Source: Pristiophorus japonicus (taxonomy: Eukaryota). From it: DNA of 64,000 nt. This document shows, in pieces, positions 48,069-61,785 of the stretch (the stretch's first letter is position 1; each line of letters begins with the position of its first letter). The stretch covers positions 199,330,001 to 199,394,000 of the forward strand of contig NC_091983.1 of NCBI RefSeq assembly GCF_044704955.1. The letters are read 5' to 3'. A program made the translations under genes and the position numbers. Under the pieces are notes generated by a model that was not told the DNA's origin, made no database searches, and saw only the letters and a program-made list of their open reading frames with translations.

Positions 48069-51000
48069 GAGAGGAGGCGGAGCAGGTGTCCAGGGAGGCC
48101 TACAAGAGGCCCATCAATCGGTGGGAGTTTGTCGGTGGAGAGGAGGCGGAGTGGGTGTCCAGGGAGGCCTACAAGAGGCCCATCAGTCGACGGGAGTTCG
48201 TCAGCGGAGTGGGTGTCCAGGGAGGCCTACAAGAGGCCAGCCAGTGCAGCTGCAGCAGGGAGGCAAAAAAGTAGAAAGAAATCAAAAGGTGACATCACAG
48301 CCAAGGAGGTAAGTGACTGGCTGGTGATTGGTAAGTAGTTTTTCTTTTTCTTTTCTTTATCAGTAAGTAACCTTTAAGTTAATCTAGAGGTTAAGTCATG
48401 GCAGGAGAGCTCAGACACGTGTTATGCTTTTCCTGTACTATGTGGGAAGTCAGGGATGCTTCCAGTGTCCCCGACGACTACGTGTGCGGGAAGTGTATCC
48501 GCCTGCAGGTCCTGACGGACCGCATTGTGGCACTGGAGCTGCGGGTGGATTTACTCTGGAGCATCCACGATGCTGAGAATGACGTGAATAGCACGTTTAG
48601 TGAGTTGGTCTTATCGCAGGTAAAGGGTACACAGCCAGATAGGGAATGGGTGACCAATAGGAAGAGCACTGCAAGGAAGGTAATGCAGGGGTTCCCTGCG
48701 GCCACCCCCCTGCAAAACAGATACACCGCTATGGGTACTGTTGGAGGGGATGACTCATCAGGGGGGAGCAGCAGCAGCCAAGTTCATGGCACTGTGGGTG
48801 GCTCTGCTGCACAGGAGGGCAGGAAAAAGAGTGGGAGAGCGATAGTGAAAGGGGATTCAATTGTAAGGGGAATAGATAGGAGTTTCTGCAGCCGCAACAG
48901 AGACTCCAGGATGGTCCGGTGCAAGGGTCAAGGACGTCTCGGAGCGGGTGCAGGACATTCTGAAAAGGGAGGGTGAACAGCCAGTTGTTGTGGTGCATTT
49001 AGGTAAAAAAAACGGGATGAGGTCCTACAAGACGAATTTCGGGAGCTAGGAGTTAAATTAAAAAGTAGGACCTCAAAAGTAGTAATCTCAGGATTGCTAC
49101 CAGTGCCACGTGCTAGTCAGAGTAGGAATCGCAGGATAGCTCAGATGAATACGTGGCTTGAGCAGTGGTGCAGAAGGGAGGGATTCAAATTCCTGAGGCA
49201 TTGGAACTGGTTCTGGGGGAGGTGGGACCAGTACAAACCGGACGGTCTGCAACTAGGCCCAGAACCAATGTCCGAGGGGGAGTGTTTGCTAGTGCTGTTG
49301 GGGAAGAGTTAAACTAATGTGGCAGGGGGGTGGGAACCTATGCAGGGAGACAGAGGGAAATAAAATGGAGGCAGAAGCAAAAGATAGAAAGGAGAATAGT
49401 AAAAGTGGAGGGCAGAGAAACCCAAGGCAAAAACCAAAAAGGGCCACATTACAACAAAATTCTAATGGGGCAAAGTGTGTTAAAAATGCAAGCCTGAAGG
49501 CTCTGTACCTCAATGCAAGGAGTATTTGGAATAAGGTGGACGAATTAACTGCGCAGGTAGCAGTTAACGGATATGATGTAAGTAGCATCACGGAGACATG
49601 GCTCTAGGGTGACCAAGGCTGGGAACTCAACATACAGGGGTATTCAACATTTAGGAAGGATAGACAGAAAGGAAAAGGAGGCAGGGTGGCGTTACTGGTT
49701 AAAGAGGAAATTAATGCAATAGTAAGAAAGGACATCAGCTTGGATGATGTGGAATCGGTATGGGTGCAGCTGTGGAATTCCAAAGGGCAGAAAACGCTAG
49801 TGGGAGTTGTGTACAGACCACCAAACAGTAGTAGTGAGGTTCTGGAAATGGCCGAGACCTTAAACAATTATTTTGCTTCTGTCTTCACAGTGGAAGACAC
49901 AAAAACCATGCCAAAAATTGCTGGTCACAGGAATGTGGGAAGGGAGAACCTTGAGACAATCACTATCACTAGAGGGGTAGTGCTGGACAGGCTAATGGGA
50001 CTTAAGGTAGACAATGATGAAATGCATCCAGGGTATTAAAAGAGATGGCGGAAGTTATAGCAGATGCATTCGTTATAATCTACCAAAATTCTCTGGATTC
50101 TGGGGCGGTACCAGCGGATTGGAAAGCAGCTAATGTAACGCCTCTGTTTAAAAAAGGGGGCATACAAAAGGCAGGTAACTATAGGCCGGTTAGTTTAACA
50201 TCTGTAGTGGGGAAAATGCTTGAAACTATTAAGGAAGAAATAGCAGGACATCTAGATAGGAATAGTGCAATCAAGCAGACGCAGCATGGATTCATGAAGG
50301 GGAAATCATGTTTAACTAATCTACTGGAATTCTTTGAGGATATAACGAGCATGGTGGATAGAGGTGTACCGATGGATGTGGTGTATTTAGATTTTCAAAA
50401 GGCATTCGATAAGGTGCCACACAAAAGTTTACTGCAGAAGATAAAGGTACGCGGAGTCAGAGGAAATGTATTAGCATGGATAGAGAATTGGCTGGCTAAC
50501 AGAAAGCAGAGAGTCGGGATAAATGGGTCCTTTTCGGGTTGGAAATCGGTGGTTAGTGGTGTGCCACAGGGATCGGTGCTGGGACCACAACTGTTTACAA
50601 TATACATAGATGACCTGGAAGAGGGGACAGAGTGTAAGTGTAACAAAATTTGCAGATGACACAAAGATTAGTGGGAAAGCGGGTTATGTAGAAGACACAG
50701 AGGCTGCAAAGAGATTTAGATAGGTTAAGCGAATGGGCTAAGGTTTGGCAGGTGGAATACAATGTCGGAAAGTGTGAGGTCATCCACCTTGGGAAAAATA
50801 ACAGTAAAAGGGAATATTATTTGAATGGGGAGAAATTACAACGTGCTGCGGTGCAGAGGGACCTGGGGGTCCTTGTGCATGAATCCCAAAAAGTTAGTTT
50901 GCAGGTGCAGCAGGTAATCAGGAAGGCGAATGGAATGTTGGCCTTCATTGCGAGAGGGATGGAGTACAAAAGCAGGGAGGTCCTTCTGCAACTGTATAGG

Positions 51001-54000
51001 GTATTGGTGAGGCCGCACTTGGAGTACTGCATGCAGTTTTGGTCACCTTACTTAAGGAAGGATATACTGGCTTTGGAGGGGGTACAGAGACGATTCACTA
51101 GGCTGATTCTGGAGATGAGGGGGTTACCTTATGATGATAGATTGAGTAGACTGGGTCTTTACTCGGAGTTCAGAAGGATGAGGAGTGATCTTATAGAAAC
51201 ATTTAAAATAATGAAAGGGATAGACAAGATAGAGGCAGAGAGGTTGTTTCCACTGGTCGGGGAGACTAGAACTAGGGGGCACAGCCTCAAAATACGGGGG
51301 AGCCAATTTAAAACCGAGTTGAGAATGAATTTCTTCTCCCAGAGGGTTGTGAATCTGTGGAATTTTCTGCCCAAGGAAGCAGTTGAGGCTAGCTCATTGA
51401 ATGTATTCAAGTCGCAGATAGATAGATTTTTAACCAATAAGGGAATTAAGGGTTATGGGGACTGGGCGAGTAAGTGGAGCTGAGTCCACGGCCAGATCAG
51501 CCATGATCTTGTTGAATGGCGGAGCAGGCTCGAGGGGCTAGATGCCCTACTCCTGTTCCTAATTCTTATGTCCTTATGTTATCAAACATGAAATCAGGGA
51601 TGTGTGCAATAAAGGTACAGCAGTTATCATGGGCGACATTAATCTACATAATGACTGGGCTAACCAAACTGGTAGCAATGCGGTGCAGGAGGATTTCCTG
51701 GAGTGTATTAGGGATGGTTTTCTAGACCAATATGTCGAGGAACCAACCAGAGAGCTGGCCATCTTAGACTGGGTGATGTGTAATGAGAAGGGACTAATTA
51801 GCAATCTCGTTGTGTGAGGCACCTTTGGGGAAGAGTGACCATAACATGGTAGAATTCTTTATTAAGATGGAGAGTGACACAGTTAATTCAGAAACTCGGG
51901 TCCTGAACTTAAGGAAAGGTAACTTCGACGGTACGAGGTGTGAATTGGCTAGAATAGACTGGGAAATTATACTTAAAGAGCTGACAGCGGATAGGCAATG
52001 GCAAACATTTAAAGATCACATGGATGAACTTCAACAATTGTAATCCCTGTCTGGAGTAAAAATAAAACGGGGAAGGTGGCTCAACCGTGGCTAACAAGGG
52101 AGATTAAGGATAGTGTTAAATCCAAGAAAAAGGCATATCATTTGGCTAGAAAAAGCAGCAAATCTGAGGACTGGGAGGAATTTAGAATTCAGCAGAGAAG
52201 GACTAAGGGTTTAATTCAGAGGGGGAAAATAGGGTACGAGAGGAAGCTTGCTGGGAACATAAAAACTGACTGCAAAAGCTTCTATAGATATGTGAAGAGA
52301 AAAAGATTAGTGAAGGCAAACGTAGGTCCCTTGCAGTCATAATCAGGTGAATTTATAATGGGGAACAAAGAAATGGCAGACCAATTGAACAAATACTTTG
52401 GTTCTGTCTTCACGAAGGAAGACACAAATAACCTTCCGGATGTACGAGCGGACCGAAGGTCGAGTGAGAAGGAGGAACTGAAGGATATCCTTATTGGACA
52501 GGAAATTTGATGGGATTGAAGGCTGATAAATCCCCGGGGCCTGATAGACTGCATCCCAGAGTACTTAAGGAAGTGGCCCTCGGCATAGTGGATGCATTGG
52601 TGATCATTTTCCAACAGTCTATCGACTCTGGATCAGTTCCCATGAACTGGAGGGTAGCTAATGTAACACCACTTTTAAAAATGAAGAGAGAGAGAAAACA
52701 GGTAATTATAGACCAGTTAGCCTGACATCAGTAGTGGGGAAAATGTTAGAATCAATTATTAAGGATGAAATAGCAGCACATTTGGAAAGCAGTGACAGGA
52801 TCAGACCAAGTCAGCATGGATTTATGAAAGGGAAATCATGCTTGACGAATCTTCTGGAATTTTTTGAGGATGTAACTAGCAGAGTGGACAAGGGAGAACC
52901 AGTGGATGTGCTGTATTTGGACTTTCAAAAGGCTTTTGACAAGGTCCCACACAAGAGATTGGTGTGCAAAATCAAAGCACATGATATTGGGGGTAATGTA
53001 CTGACGTGGATAGAGAACTGGTTGACAGACAGGAAGCAGAGAGTCGGGATAAACGGGTCCTTTTCAGAATGGCAGGCAGTGACTCGTAGAGTGCCGCAGG
53101 GCTCAGTGCTGGGACCCCAGTTCTTTACAATATACATTAATGATTTAGATGAAGGAATTGTGTAATATCTTCAAGTTTGCAGATGACACTAAACTGGGTG
53201 GCGGTGTGAGCCGTGAGGAGGACGCTGAGGCGCTGCAGTGTGACTTGGACAGGTTAAGCGAGTGGGCAAAAGCATGGCAGATGCAGTATAATGTGGATAA
53301 ATATGAGGTTATCCACTTTGGTGGCAAAAACATGAAGGCAGAATATTATATGAATGGCGGCAGATTAGGAAAAGGGGAGGTGCAACGAGACCTGGGTGTC
53401 ATGGTTCATCAGTCATTGAAAGTTGACATGCATGTACAGCAGGCGGTGAAGGAGGCAAATGGTATGTTGGCCTTCATAGCTAGGGGATTTGAGTATAGGA
53501 GCAGGGATGTCTTACTACAGTTGTACAGGGCCTTGGTGAGACCTCACCTGGAATAGTGTGTTCAGTTTTGGTCTCCTAATCTGAGGAAGGACGCTCTTGC
53601 TATTGAGGGAGTGCAGCGAAGGTTCACCAGACTGATTTCAGGTATGGTTGGACTGATATGAGGAGAAACTGGATCAACTGGGCCTTTATACACTGGAGTT
53701 TAGAAGGATCAGAGGGGATCTCATGGAAACTTACAAGATTCTGACGGGACTGGACAGGTTGATTGCGGGAAGAATGTTCCCGATATTGGGAAAGTCCAGA
53801 ACCAGGGGACACAGTCTTGGGATAATGGGTAAGCCATTTAGGACTGCGATGAGGAGAAACTTCTTACTCAGAGTTGTTAACCTGTGGAATTCCCTGCCGC
53901 AAGAGTTGTTAATGCCAGTTCATTGGATATATTCAAGAGGGAGTTAGATATGGCCCTTACGGCTAAAGGGATCAAGGGGTATGAGAGAAAGCAGGAAAGG

Positions 54001-54099
54001 GGTACTGAGGGAATGATCAGCCATGATCTTATTGAATGGTGGAGCAGGCTCGAAGGACCGAAAGGCCTACTCCTGCACCTATTTTCTATGTTTCTATGT
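48069..54099 (+). mobile_element. Full-length CR1 LINE (5' tandem repeats, ORF1 zinc finger/leucine zipper + esterase, ORF2), interrupted at 49842-51580
   Basis: ORF 48398: CFSCTMW..CGKC..L..RI..LELRV and GDSIVRG; APE and RT fragments; (TTTCTATG)n tail. Confidence 0.93.
49842..51580 (+). mobile_element. Younger 5'-truncated CR1 nested in the previous CR1
   Basis: ORFs 50045-50659 and 50752-51483; host reading resumes at ATCAAAC with about 9 bp lost relative to the 36925-36945 copy. Confidence 0.92.
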
Positions 54100-54590
54100 T
54101 AATTAATAACCTTATAGTAAAGGGATCTTTAGGGAAGACTGACTATAATATGATAGAATTTTATAGTGAGTTTGAAAGCAATTTAGGCAAGTCCGAAATT
54201 AGGGTTTTAAACCTAAACAAACTATGAAGGTATGAGGGGTGAATTGGCCAGGGTAGATTGGAAAACTACATTAAAAGGTATGACTGTAGACAAGCAATGA
54301 ATCTATAATTTACAATAAATATACATTCCTTTGAGGCAGAAAAATCCACGGGAAAAGTGATCCAACTGTGACTAAGAGAAGTTAAAGATAGTATTAGATC
54401 AAAGGAACAGGCTTATAATGTTGCCAGAGAGTCGTAAGCCTGAGATTGGAAGGATTTTAGAATTCAGCAAAGGAGGATCAAGAAACTGATAAGGAGAGAG
54501 AAAAATGAATGCGAGTGTAAATTAGTGAGACATATAAAAACAGATTGGAAGTGTTTCTGTAGGTATGTAAATAGGAAGAGATTAGTGAAG

Positions 54591-57500
54591 AACCACAAAG
54601 TGCTTCAGCTCAGAGTGAGAAAACAAGAGTTTGGTAAGTGGGAGAGCTAGGTCAAGTGGGGCAGGAGGTGTTGCTTTGCCTCGTTTTTCCTAACATTTTC
54701 CGCAGAGCGGCGGCGTACCTGAGCGGGAGCAGACCGAGGCCCGCGAGTAGGGATAAAAGCCACAGCAGACCACAGCATACAGCCAGTGTGATCTCCTGGA
54801 CTAGTTTCGATCTCCTGGTTGGGTCGGAGAGGAATTTTCTCAGATTTTTTCCCCCCAATTGGCCTGGGTTTTTAAATCTGTTTTTTTGCCTCTCCCAGGA
54901 GATCGCATGGCTCCGGGTGAGGAGAACTCTGCTATCTGACATCGCAGGTAAGGCAGGTAAGTGATTGAAAGTGATTGTGGGCCAAGTTTTTCTTTAAATT
55001 AACATATAGCATATAACTAAATACTAAAAACTAACCTTTATTTGTTTAACTAATTTAATAAACTATATATGGAAAATACTTAATTAATGCTAAACGAATG
55101 AATTAAATATAATGGGAAAACAGGAGATATGTTGCTGCTGCAATATGTGGGAGCTTCTGGACGTTTTGGTCCAGGGTGACTACATCTGCGCTAAGTGTCT
55201 GCGCTCGACAAATTTCGGCTCCGAGTTGAGGTGCTGGAGTCTGAGCTACAGACATTGCGAGACATCAGGGAGGGAGAAAGTTGCCTAGACCTTTTGCTTC
55301 AGGAGGCAGCCACACCTTCTAGATTAAATACTTTAGAATTGACACGTGGTCAGGGACAGGAGGGTGTGATTGCAAGTGAAGCAGGTAAGGGGATCCAGAA
55401 GGTAGTATTGCAGCAGCTTCAGTCCCTGCACTTGTCCAATAGATTTGAGGTTCTTGCAACCCTTGAGGACAAGTGTGCAGACTGCAGGGTGGATGAGCAG
55501 ACTGACCAAGGCACCATGGTGCAGAAAGCCATTCAAGTGAGGGGAGTAAAGAGGCAGGTGGTTGTGATAGGGGACAGTATAGTTAGCAGATAGATAGGGC
55601 TCTCTGCAACCAAGAGCGTGCGTCCGGAAGCCTGTGTTGCCTACCTGGTGCCAGGGTAAAGGATATCTCTTCCGGGCTGGAGAAGAACTTGGAGTGGGCA
55701 GGGGAGGATCCAGTTATCGTGGTACATATGACATAGGTCAGACTAAGAAACTATGCTGGGACCAGTTAGGGACTAAATTGAAAAGTAGAACCACAAAAGC
55801 AATAATCTCTGCATTATTACCTGAGCCACGAGCAAATTGGCATGGGGTCAATAGAATCAGGGAGATGAATGCGTGGCTCAGGAGGTTGATGTGGGAGAAG
55901 TGGGTTTCGATTCATGGGGCACTGGCACCAATACTCGGGAAAGAGAGCTGTTCCGTGGAGACTGACTACACCTGAACTAGGCTGGGACCAGAGTTCTAGC
56001 AAACCGACTAATTAAAGGAGGTAGATAGGGCTTTAAACTAAATGGGGGGGGGGGGAGGAAAGTATGGTCGCAGTAGAGCAATCTTGAATGCTAAAGAGAA
56101 AAGAAAAGGAAGCAATGCAGGAAAGTGATTGTGGTAAGGATAATCAGATTATGTCAGGAAGGGACAGAGCAGACAAACAAAAAAAAAGAGAGTGCACTGG
56201 CAAATAGGGTCCAGGTAAGAAAAAATAGCGATAAGACAAATAGGGCTATGGTGCAAAATATTAAGATGTCTAATAATGTTAAGACAAATTTAAAAGCATT
56301 CTGAATGCATGAAGCATCTGTAATATGGTAGACGAAATAACAGCGCAAATAGATGTAAACGGATATGATATAGTTGCAATTACAGAGACATGGATGCACG
56401 GTGACCAGGGTTGGGAACTGAATATCCAATGATATTCGATATTTAGGAAGGATAGGCAAAAAAGAGGGGGTGGTGTGGCATGTTAGTAAAGGATGAAATC
56501 AGAGCAATAGTGAGAAAGGATATTGGCTCAGAAAATCAAGATGTAGAATAAGTCTGGGTGGAGCTAAAGAGCACCAAGGGGCAGAAAATATTGGTGGGAG
56601 TTGTCTATAGGCCTCAAAACAGTAGGGGTAGGGTAGTGTAGGGGACGGCATCAAACAGAAAATTAGAGATATATGTAGCAAGGGTACTACAGTAATCGTA
56701 GGTGACTTTAATCGACATATAGACTGGCCAAACCAAATTAGTAATAATACTGTGGCAGATGAATTCCTGGAGTGTGTACGAGATAGTTTTTTAGACCAGT
56801 GTGTTGAGGAGCCTACTAGGGAACAGCCTATCCTAGATTGGGCATTGTGTAACGAGAAGGGGTTAATGAACAGTCTTGTTGTGCAGGGTCCTTTAGAGAA
56901 GAGTGACCATAACATGATTGAATTCTTCATTAAGATGGAAAGTGAAGTCGTCCAATCCGAAAATAGGGTCCTAAATCTAAACAAAGAAAACTATGAAGGT
57001 ATGAGGAATGAATTGGCTATGATGGATTGGGAAGATTCATTAAAAGGCATGACGGTGGATAAGCAATGGCTAATATTTAAGGAACGAATGCATGAATTGC
57101 AACAGTTATACATTTCTTTCTGGCGTAAAAACACAAAAGGAAAAGTGGCCCAACCATGGCTAACAAAAGGAATTAAGGATAGTATTAGATCCAAAGAGGA
57201 GTTATACAAAGTTGTCAGAAAAAGTAGTAAGCCTGAGGATTGGGAGCAGTTTAGAATTCAGCAAAAAAGGACCAAGAGATTGATTAAGAGGGGAAAAAGA
57301 GAGTACGAGAGTAAACTTGCAAGGAACACAAAAACTGACTGCAAAAGTTTCTACAAGTACGTAAAAAGAAAAAGATTAGTGAAGACAAATGTATCTCCTT
57401 TACAGACAGAAACAGGAGAATTTGTAATGGGGGAACAAGGAAATGGCAGACCAATTAAGTAAATAGTTCAGTTCTGTCCTCACGGAAGAGGACACAAATA

Positions 57501-59160
57501 ATGTCCCAGAAATACGAGGGAACCAAGGATCTAGTGAGCAAGAGGAATTAAAAGAAATGATAATTAGTAAGAAAATAGTGCTGGACAAACTAATGAGACT
57601 GAAGGCAGATAAATCCCCAGGGTCTGATGATCTGCATCCCAGAGTACGAAAAGAGGTAACCGTGGAAATAGTAGATGCATTGGTTGTCATCTTCCAAAAT
57701 TCTATAGATTATGGAACAGTTCCTGCAGATTGGAGGGTGGCAAATGTAACCCCACTATTTAAAAAAAGGAGGGAGAGAGAAAACAGGGAACTACAGACCA
57801 GTTAGCCTATCAGTAGTAGGCAAAATGCTGGAGTCTATTATAAAAGGATGTGATAACGGCACACTTAGATAGTATCAACAGGATTAAACAAAGTCAACAT
57901 GGATTTATGAAAGGAAAATCATGTTTGACAAACCTACTGGAGTTTTTTTTAAGGATGTAACTGATAGAATAGATAAGGGAGAACAAGTGGATGTAGTGAA
58001 TTTGGATTTTCAGAAGGCCTTTGTTAAAGTTAGTGTGCAAAATTAAAGCACATAGGATTGGGGTAATGTATTGGCATGGATTGAAAATTGGTTAACTGAC
58101 AGGAAACTGAGAGTAGGAATAAACAGATTTTTTTCAGGGTGGCAGGCAGTGACTAACGGGGTACCACAGGGATCAGTGCTTGGCCCCCAGCTATTCACAA
58201 TATAAATAAATGATTTGGATGAGGGAACCAAATGTAATATTTGCAAGTTTGCTGACGACACAAAACTAGGTGGGATTGTGAGTTGTGAGGAGGATGCAAA
58301 GACGCTGCAAGGCAATTTAGATAGGGTGAGTGAGTGGGCAAACACATGGCAGATGCAATATAACGTGGATAAATCTACTTTGGTAGGAAAAACAAAGACA
58401 AAATATTATTTAAATGGTGATGGCTTGGGAAGTGTCGATGTATAGAGGGACCTGGGTGTCCTTGTACACCAATCATTGAAAGCAAACATGCAGGTGCAGC
58501 AAGCAATTAGGAAGGCAAATGGTATGTTGGCCTTCATTGCAAGAGGATTTGAGTACAGGAGCAAGGATGTCTTAGTACAGTTATACAGGGCCTTGGTAAG
58601 ACCGCACCTGGAGTATTGTGTGCACTTTTGGTCTCCTTACCTAAGAAAGGATATACTCATCATAAAGGGAGTGCAGCGAAGGTTCACCAGACTGATTCCT
58701 GGGATGGCAGGACAGTCGTATGAGGAGAGATTGGGTCGACTAGGCCTGTATTCAATAGAGTTTAGAAGAATGATCTCATTGAAACGTATAAAATTCTGAC
58801 TGGGTTGGATAGGCTGGTTGTGGAGAGGATGCTTCCCCTGGCTGGGAAGTCTAGAACAAGGGGTCACAGTCTCAGGATATGGGGTAGGAAATTTAGGACC
58901 AAGATGAGGAGAATTTTTTTTCACTCAGAGGGTGGTGAACCTGTGGAATCCTCTACCATAGAAGGCTGTGGAGGCCAAGTTACTGAATATATTTAAGAGG
59001 GAGATAGATTTCTAGAAACAAAAGCCAACAAGGGGTATGGGGGAAAAGCGGGAATATGGTGTTGAGATAGAGGATCAACCATGATCATATTGAATGGCAG
59101 TGCAGGCTCGAAGGGCCAAATGGCCTATTACTGCTCCTATTTTCTATGTTTTTGTGTTTC
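54591..59160 (+). mobile_element. Full-length CR1 LINE (decayed ORF1 and ORF2)
   Basis: ORF1 remnants (CCCCNMWE..YICAKC, VVVIGDSIV), APE and RT motifs, tail at about 59140-59160. Confidence 0.9.
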
Positions 59161-61785
59161 TAAATGTGGGCCCATTGAAGGAAGAGACAGGAGAAATTAT
59201 AATGGGCAATAAGAAAATGGCATTAAACAAATACTTTGTATCTGTCTTCATGGTAGAAAACACAAAAAACATTCCAGAAATAATGGAGAACCAAGGGTCT
59301 ATAGAGAATGAGGAACTTAAAGAAATCAGTATAAGTAAAGACATAGTATTTGAAGAAATTAATAGGACTAAGTGGCGACAAATCCCCTGGACCTGACGAC
59401 TTCTCATCCATTCAGAGAGGTAGCTGCAGAGATAGTAGATGCACTAGTATTCATCTTCTGGAATTCCCCAAATTCTAGAACAGTTCCCAAGGATTGCAAG
59501 GTAGCAAATATAACCCGGCTATTTAAGGAATGAGGAAGAGGAAAAAACAGGGAACTATAGCCCAATTAGCCTGACATCAATAGTAGGCAAAAGGCTAGAA
59601 TCTATTATTAGGGATGTGGTAAAAGGCACTTAGAGAATCGTAATATGATTAGGCAGAGTCAACATGGTTTTGTAAAAGGGAAATCAAGTTTGACAAATCT
59701 TTGAGTTTTTTTTGAAGAGGTAACTAATAAGATGGATAAGGGGGAAACCAGTGGATGAAATGTATTTGGATTTTCAAAAAGCATTCGATAAGGTTAACAT
59801 GCAGCTACACAAGCAATTAGGAAAGCAAATGGTATGTTAGCTTTTATTACAAAGGGATTAGAGTATAAGTGTAAAGTCTAACTGCAATTATACAAGACAT
59901 TGGTGAGGCCACACCTGGGGTACTGTGTACAGTTCTGGTCTCTTTACCTAAGGAAATATTAACTTGCCTTAGAGGGAGTGCAACAAAGGTGCACTAGATT
60001 GGTTCCTGGGATGAGGGGATTGCCCTATGAGATTGAGTAGACTAGGCCTATATTCCATAGAGAAGGTGGTGATCTAATTGAAACATATAAAATTCTTAAG
60101 GGGCTTGACAGGGTTAATGCCGAGAAGATGCTTCCCCTGGCTGGGGAATCTATAACATGGGGTCTCAATCTCAAAATAAAGGGTCGGCCATTTAGGACTG
60201 AGATGAGGAGAAATTTCTTCACTCAATGGGATGTGAATTTTTGGAATTCTCGACCATAGAGAGCTGTGGATGCTCAGTCGTTGAGTACATACAAGACGGA
60301 GGTCAATAGATTTTTGGGAACGAAGGGAATTAAGGGATATTGGGATAGTGCGAGAAGGTGGAGTTGAGGTAGAAGATCAGCCATGATCTTGTTACAGGCT
60401 CAAAGGGCCAAATGGCCCACTCCAGCTCCTATTCTTTATGTTCTTGTATTCTTTCTGAAAAAAGCTAATCCTCCTTACTCGCCCATTACAATTCCCAATT
60501 TACTTTTCTGGCGGTGTTATGAGGTTGCTGGCAACCAGATCATCTAATCTAAAAGGGCTTGCTGCAAACTTTCAATGGCCACTTTCTTTGGCTGATACCA
60601 GGTAGAAACCTAGTAAAATGATGCAGGAAGTGTTTTGTCACCACTCGCATGTCATTCCCATACAATTTAAATTACCCACTTATTTTGGAGTGCTTCCTGC
60701 CTCATTCAAAGGATGTTCCAGCAAATGTGCAAAAGGGCTTACACCGGAATTATGAGTTGCCTCTTTAATTTCCTCTGCCTAATGCCCCAGAAACAAGCAA
60801 GTTACACCTCAGAAAATCAGCTCCATACTCTTTATAAAACAGGAACTAGGGGTGTACTTATGTCTGAAGTAGATAGAATGCAATTAGTTAACTGTTCATA
60901 TGACTAAAGTCTTACTTCTTGACAATTATTGGACTTGTGTCTTGGTTATTTGGTACAATCAGCAGTTGAATTTCTTTTAAAGTTGCAGATGCCCACTTTG
61001 CTTTGCTTTTTTTAAAAAGTAGTTCTATGTTAGGGTTCTTTGATCATCTGCCAGGAGAAGCCAATTAAACCTTAGCTCAAGGGTAACTGAACCTAAATTA
61101 CAACTGGTAAGAGTTGGAAGTTCATGAACCATTTAAGCATCATGTTCAGCTAACTAAAACTTCTACTTTTAGAAATGTGTGCAAGCCTATCAAGGTTTTC
61201 TAAACATTTGTGCTTTTGCTTTTAACTTTTTGGTGAATTTAGTACTTTTCAGTGAGATGTTGGTGTTGGGGAAAGGAATGGTTTCTCATTATGGGCATCC
61301 AGGGTCAGTATCAAACATTCCCAGATCAAGTATAGCATAATTAGATGCTCTGTTTACTTTGCCCCAAAATATGGTTCAGCCCTAACCTCGGAAGAACACC
61401 CCTACTGAATCAGTGTAACATTTCTATTTCCAACACCAGCCACCCTGATTGTAGTAATTGGTACTGATTTAAGGATTGTTTCGTGCTTTGCGCCCATGCC
61501 CAATAGGAGCCAGATTGAAAATGCATAAACTCATTTGGCATAGGATCATAACTGCTTGCAGACAGAGGACATTTACATTCTGTCAGTTATGGACTGGATC
61601 ACAGTAAAGTATCATGCATTAATAGATGCTAAAGTATATTCATAAAACTTTAACAGGGATTGTTATATGGTGCAGAAAGTACTTGCAACTGAGCTTTTCA
61701 GCTTAAGTGACACTGTCACCTCCCTATGATAGCAAAGAGTGTAAATTTAAAAACCTGACTTTGTTGTGCACACACTAACAATACA

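Larger units (their letters stand above)
47706..60446 (+). mobile_element. Older CR1 ORF2 in three pieces (47706-48070, 54100-54590, 59161-60446), split by younger CR1s
   Basis: Sequence resumes across each insertion (..TTGTGAAATGAG|..TAATTAATAACC; ..ATTAGTGAAG|TAAATGTGGGCCC). Confidence 0.8.

Noticed and set aside
48069-48240. CRISPR-like repeat-spacer array
   Set aside because: Eukaryotic context, the intervening sequences are themselves repeated, and there are no cas genes.
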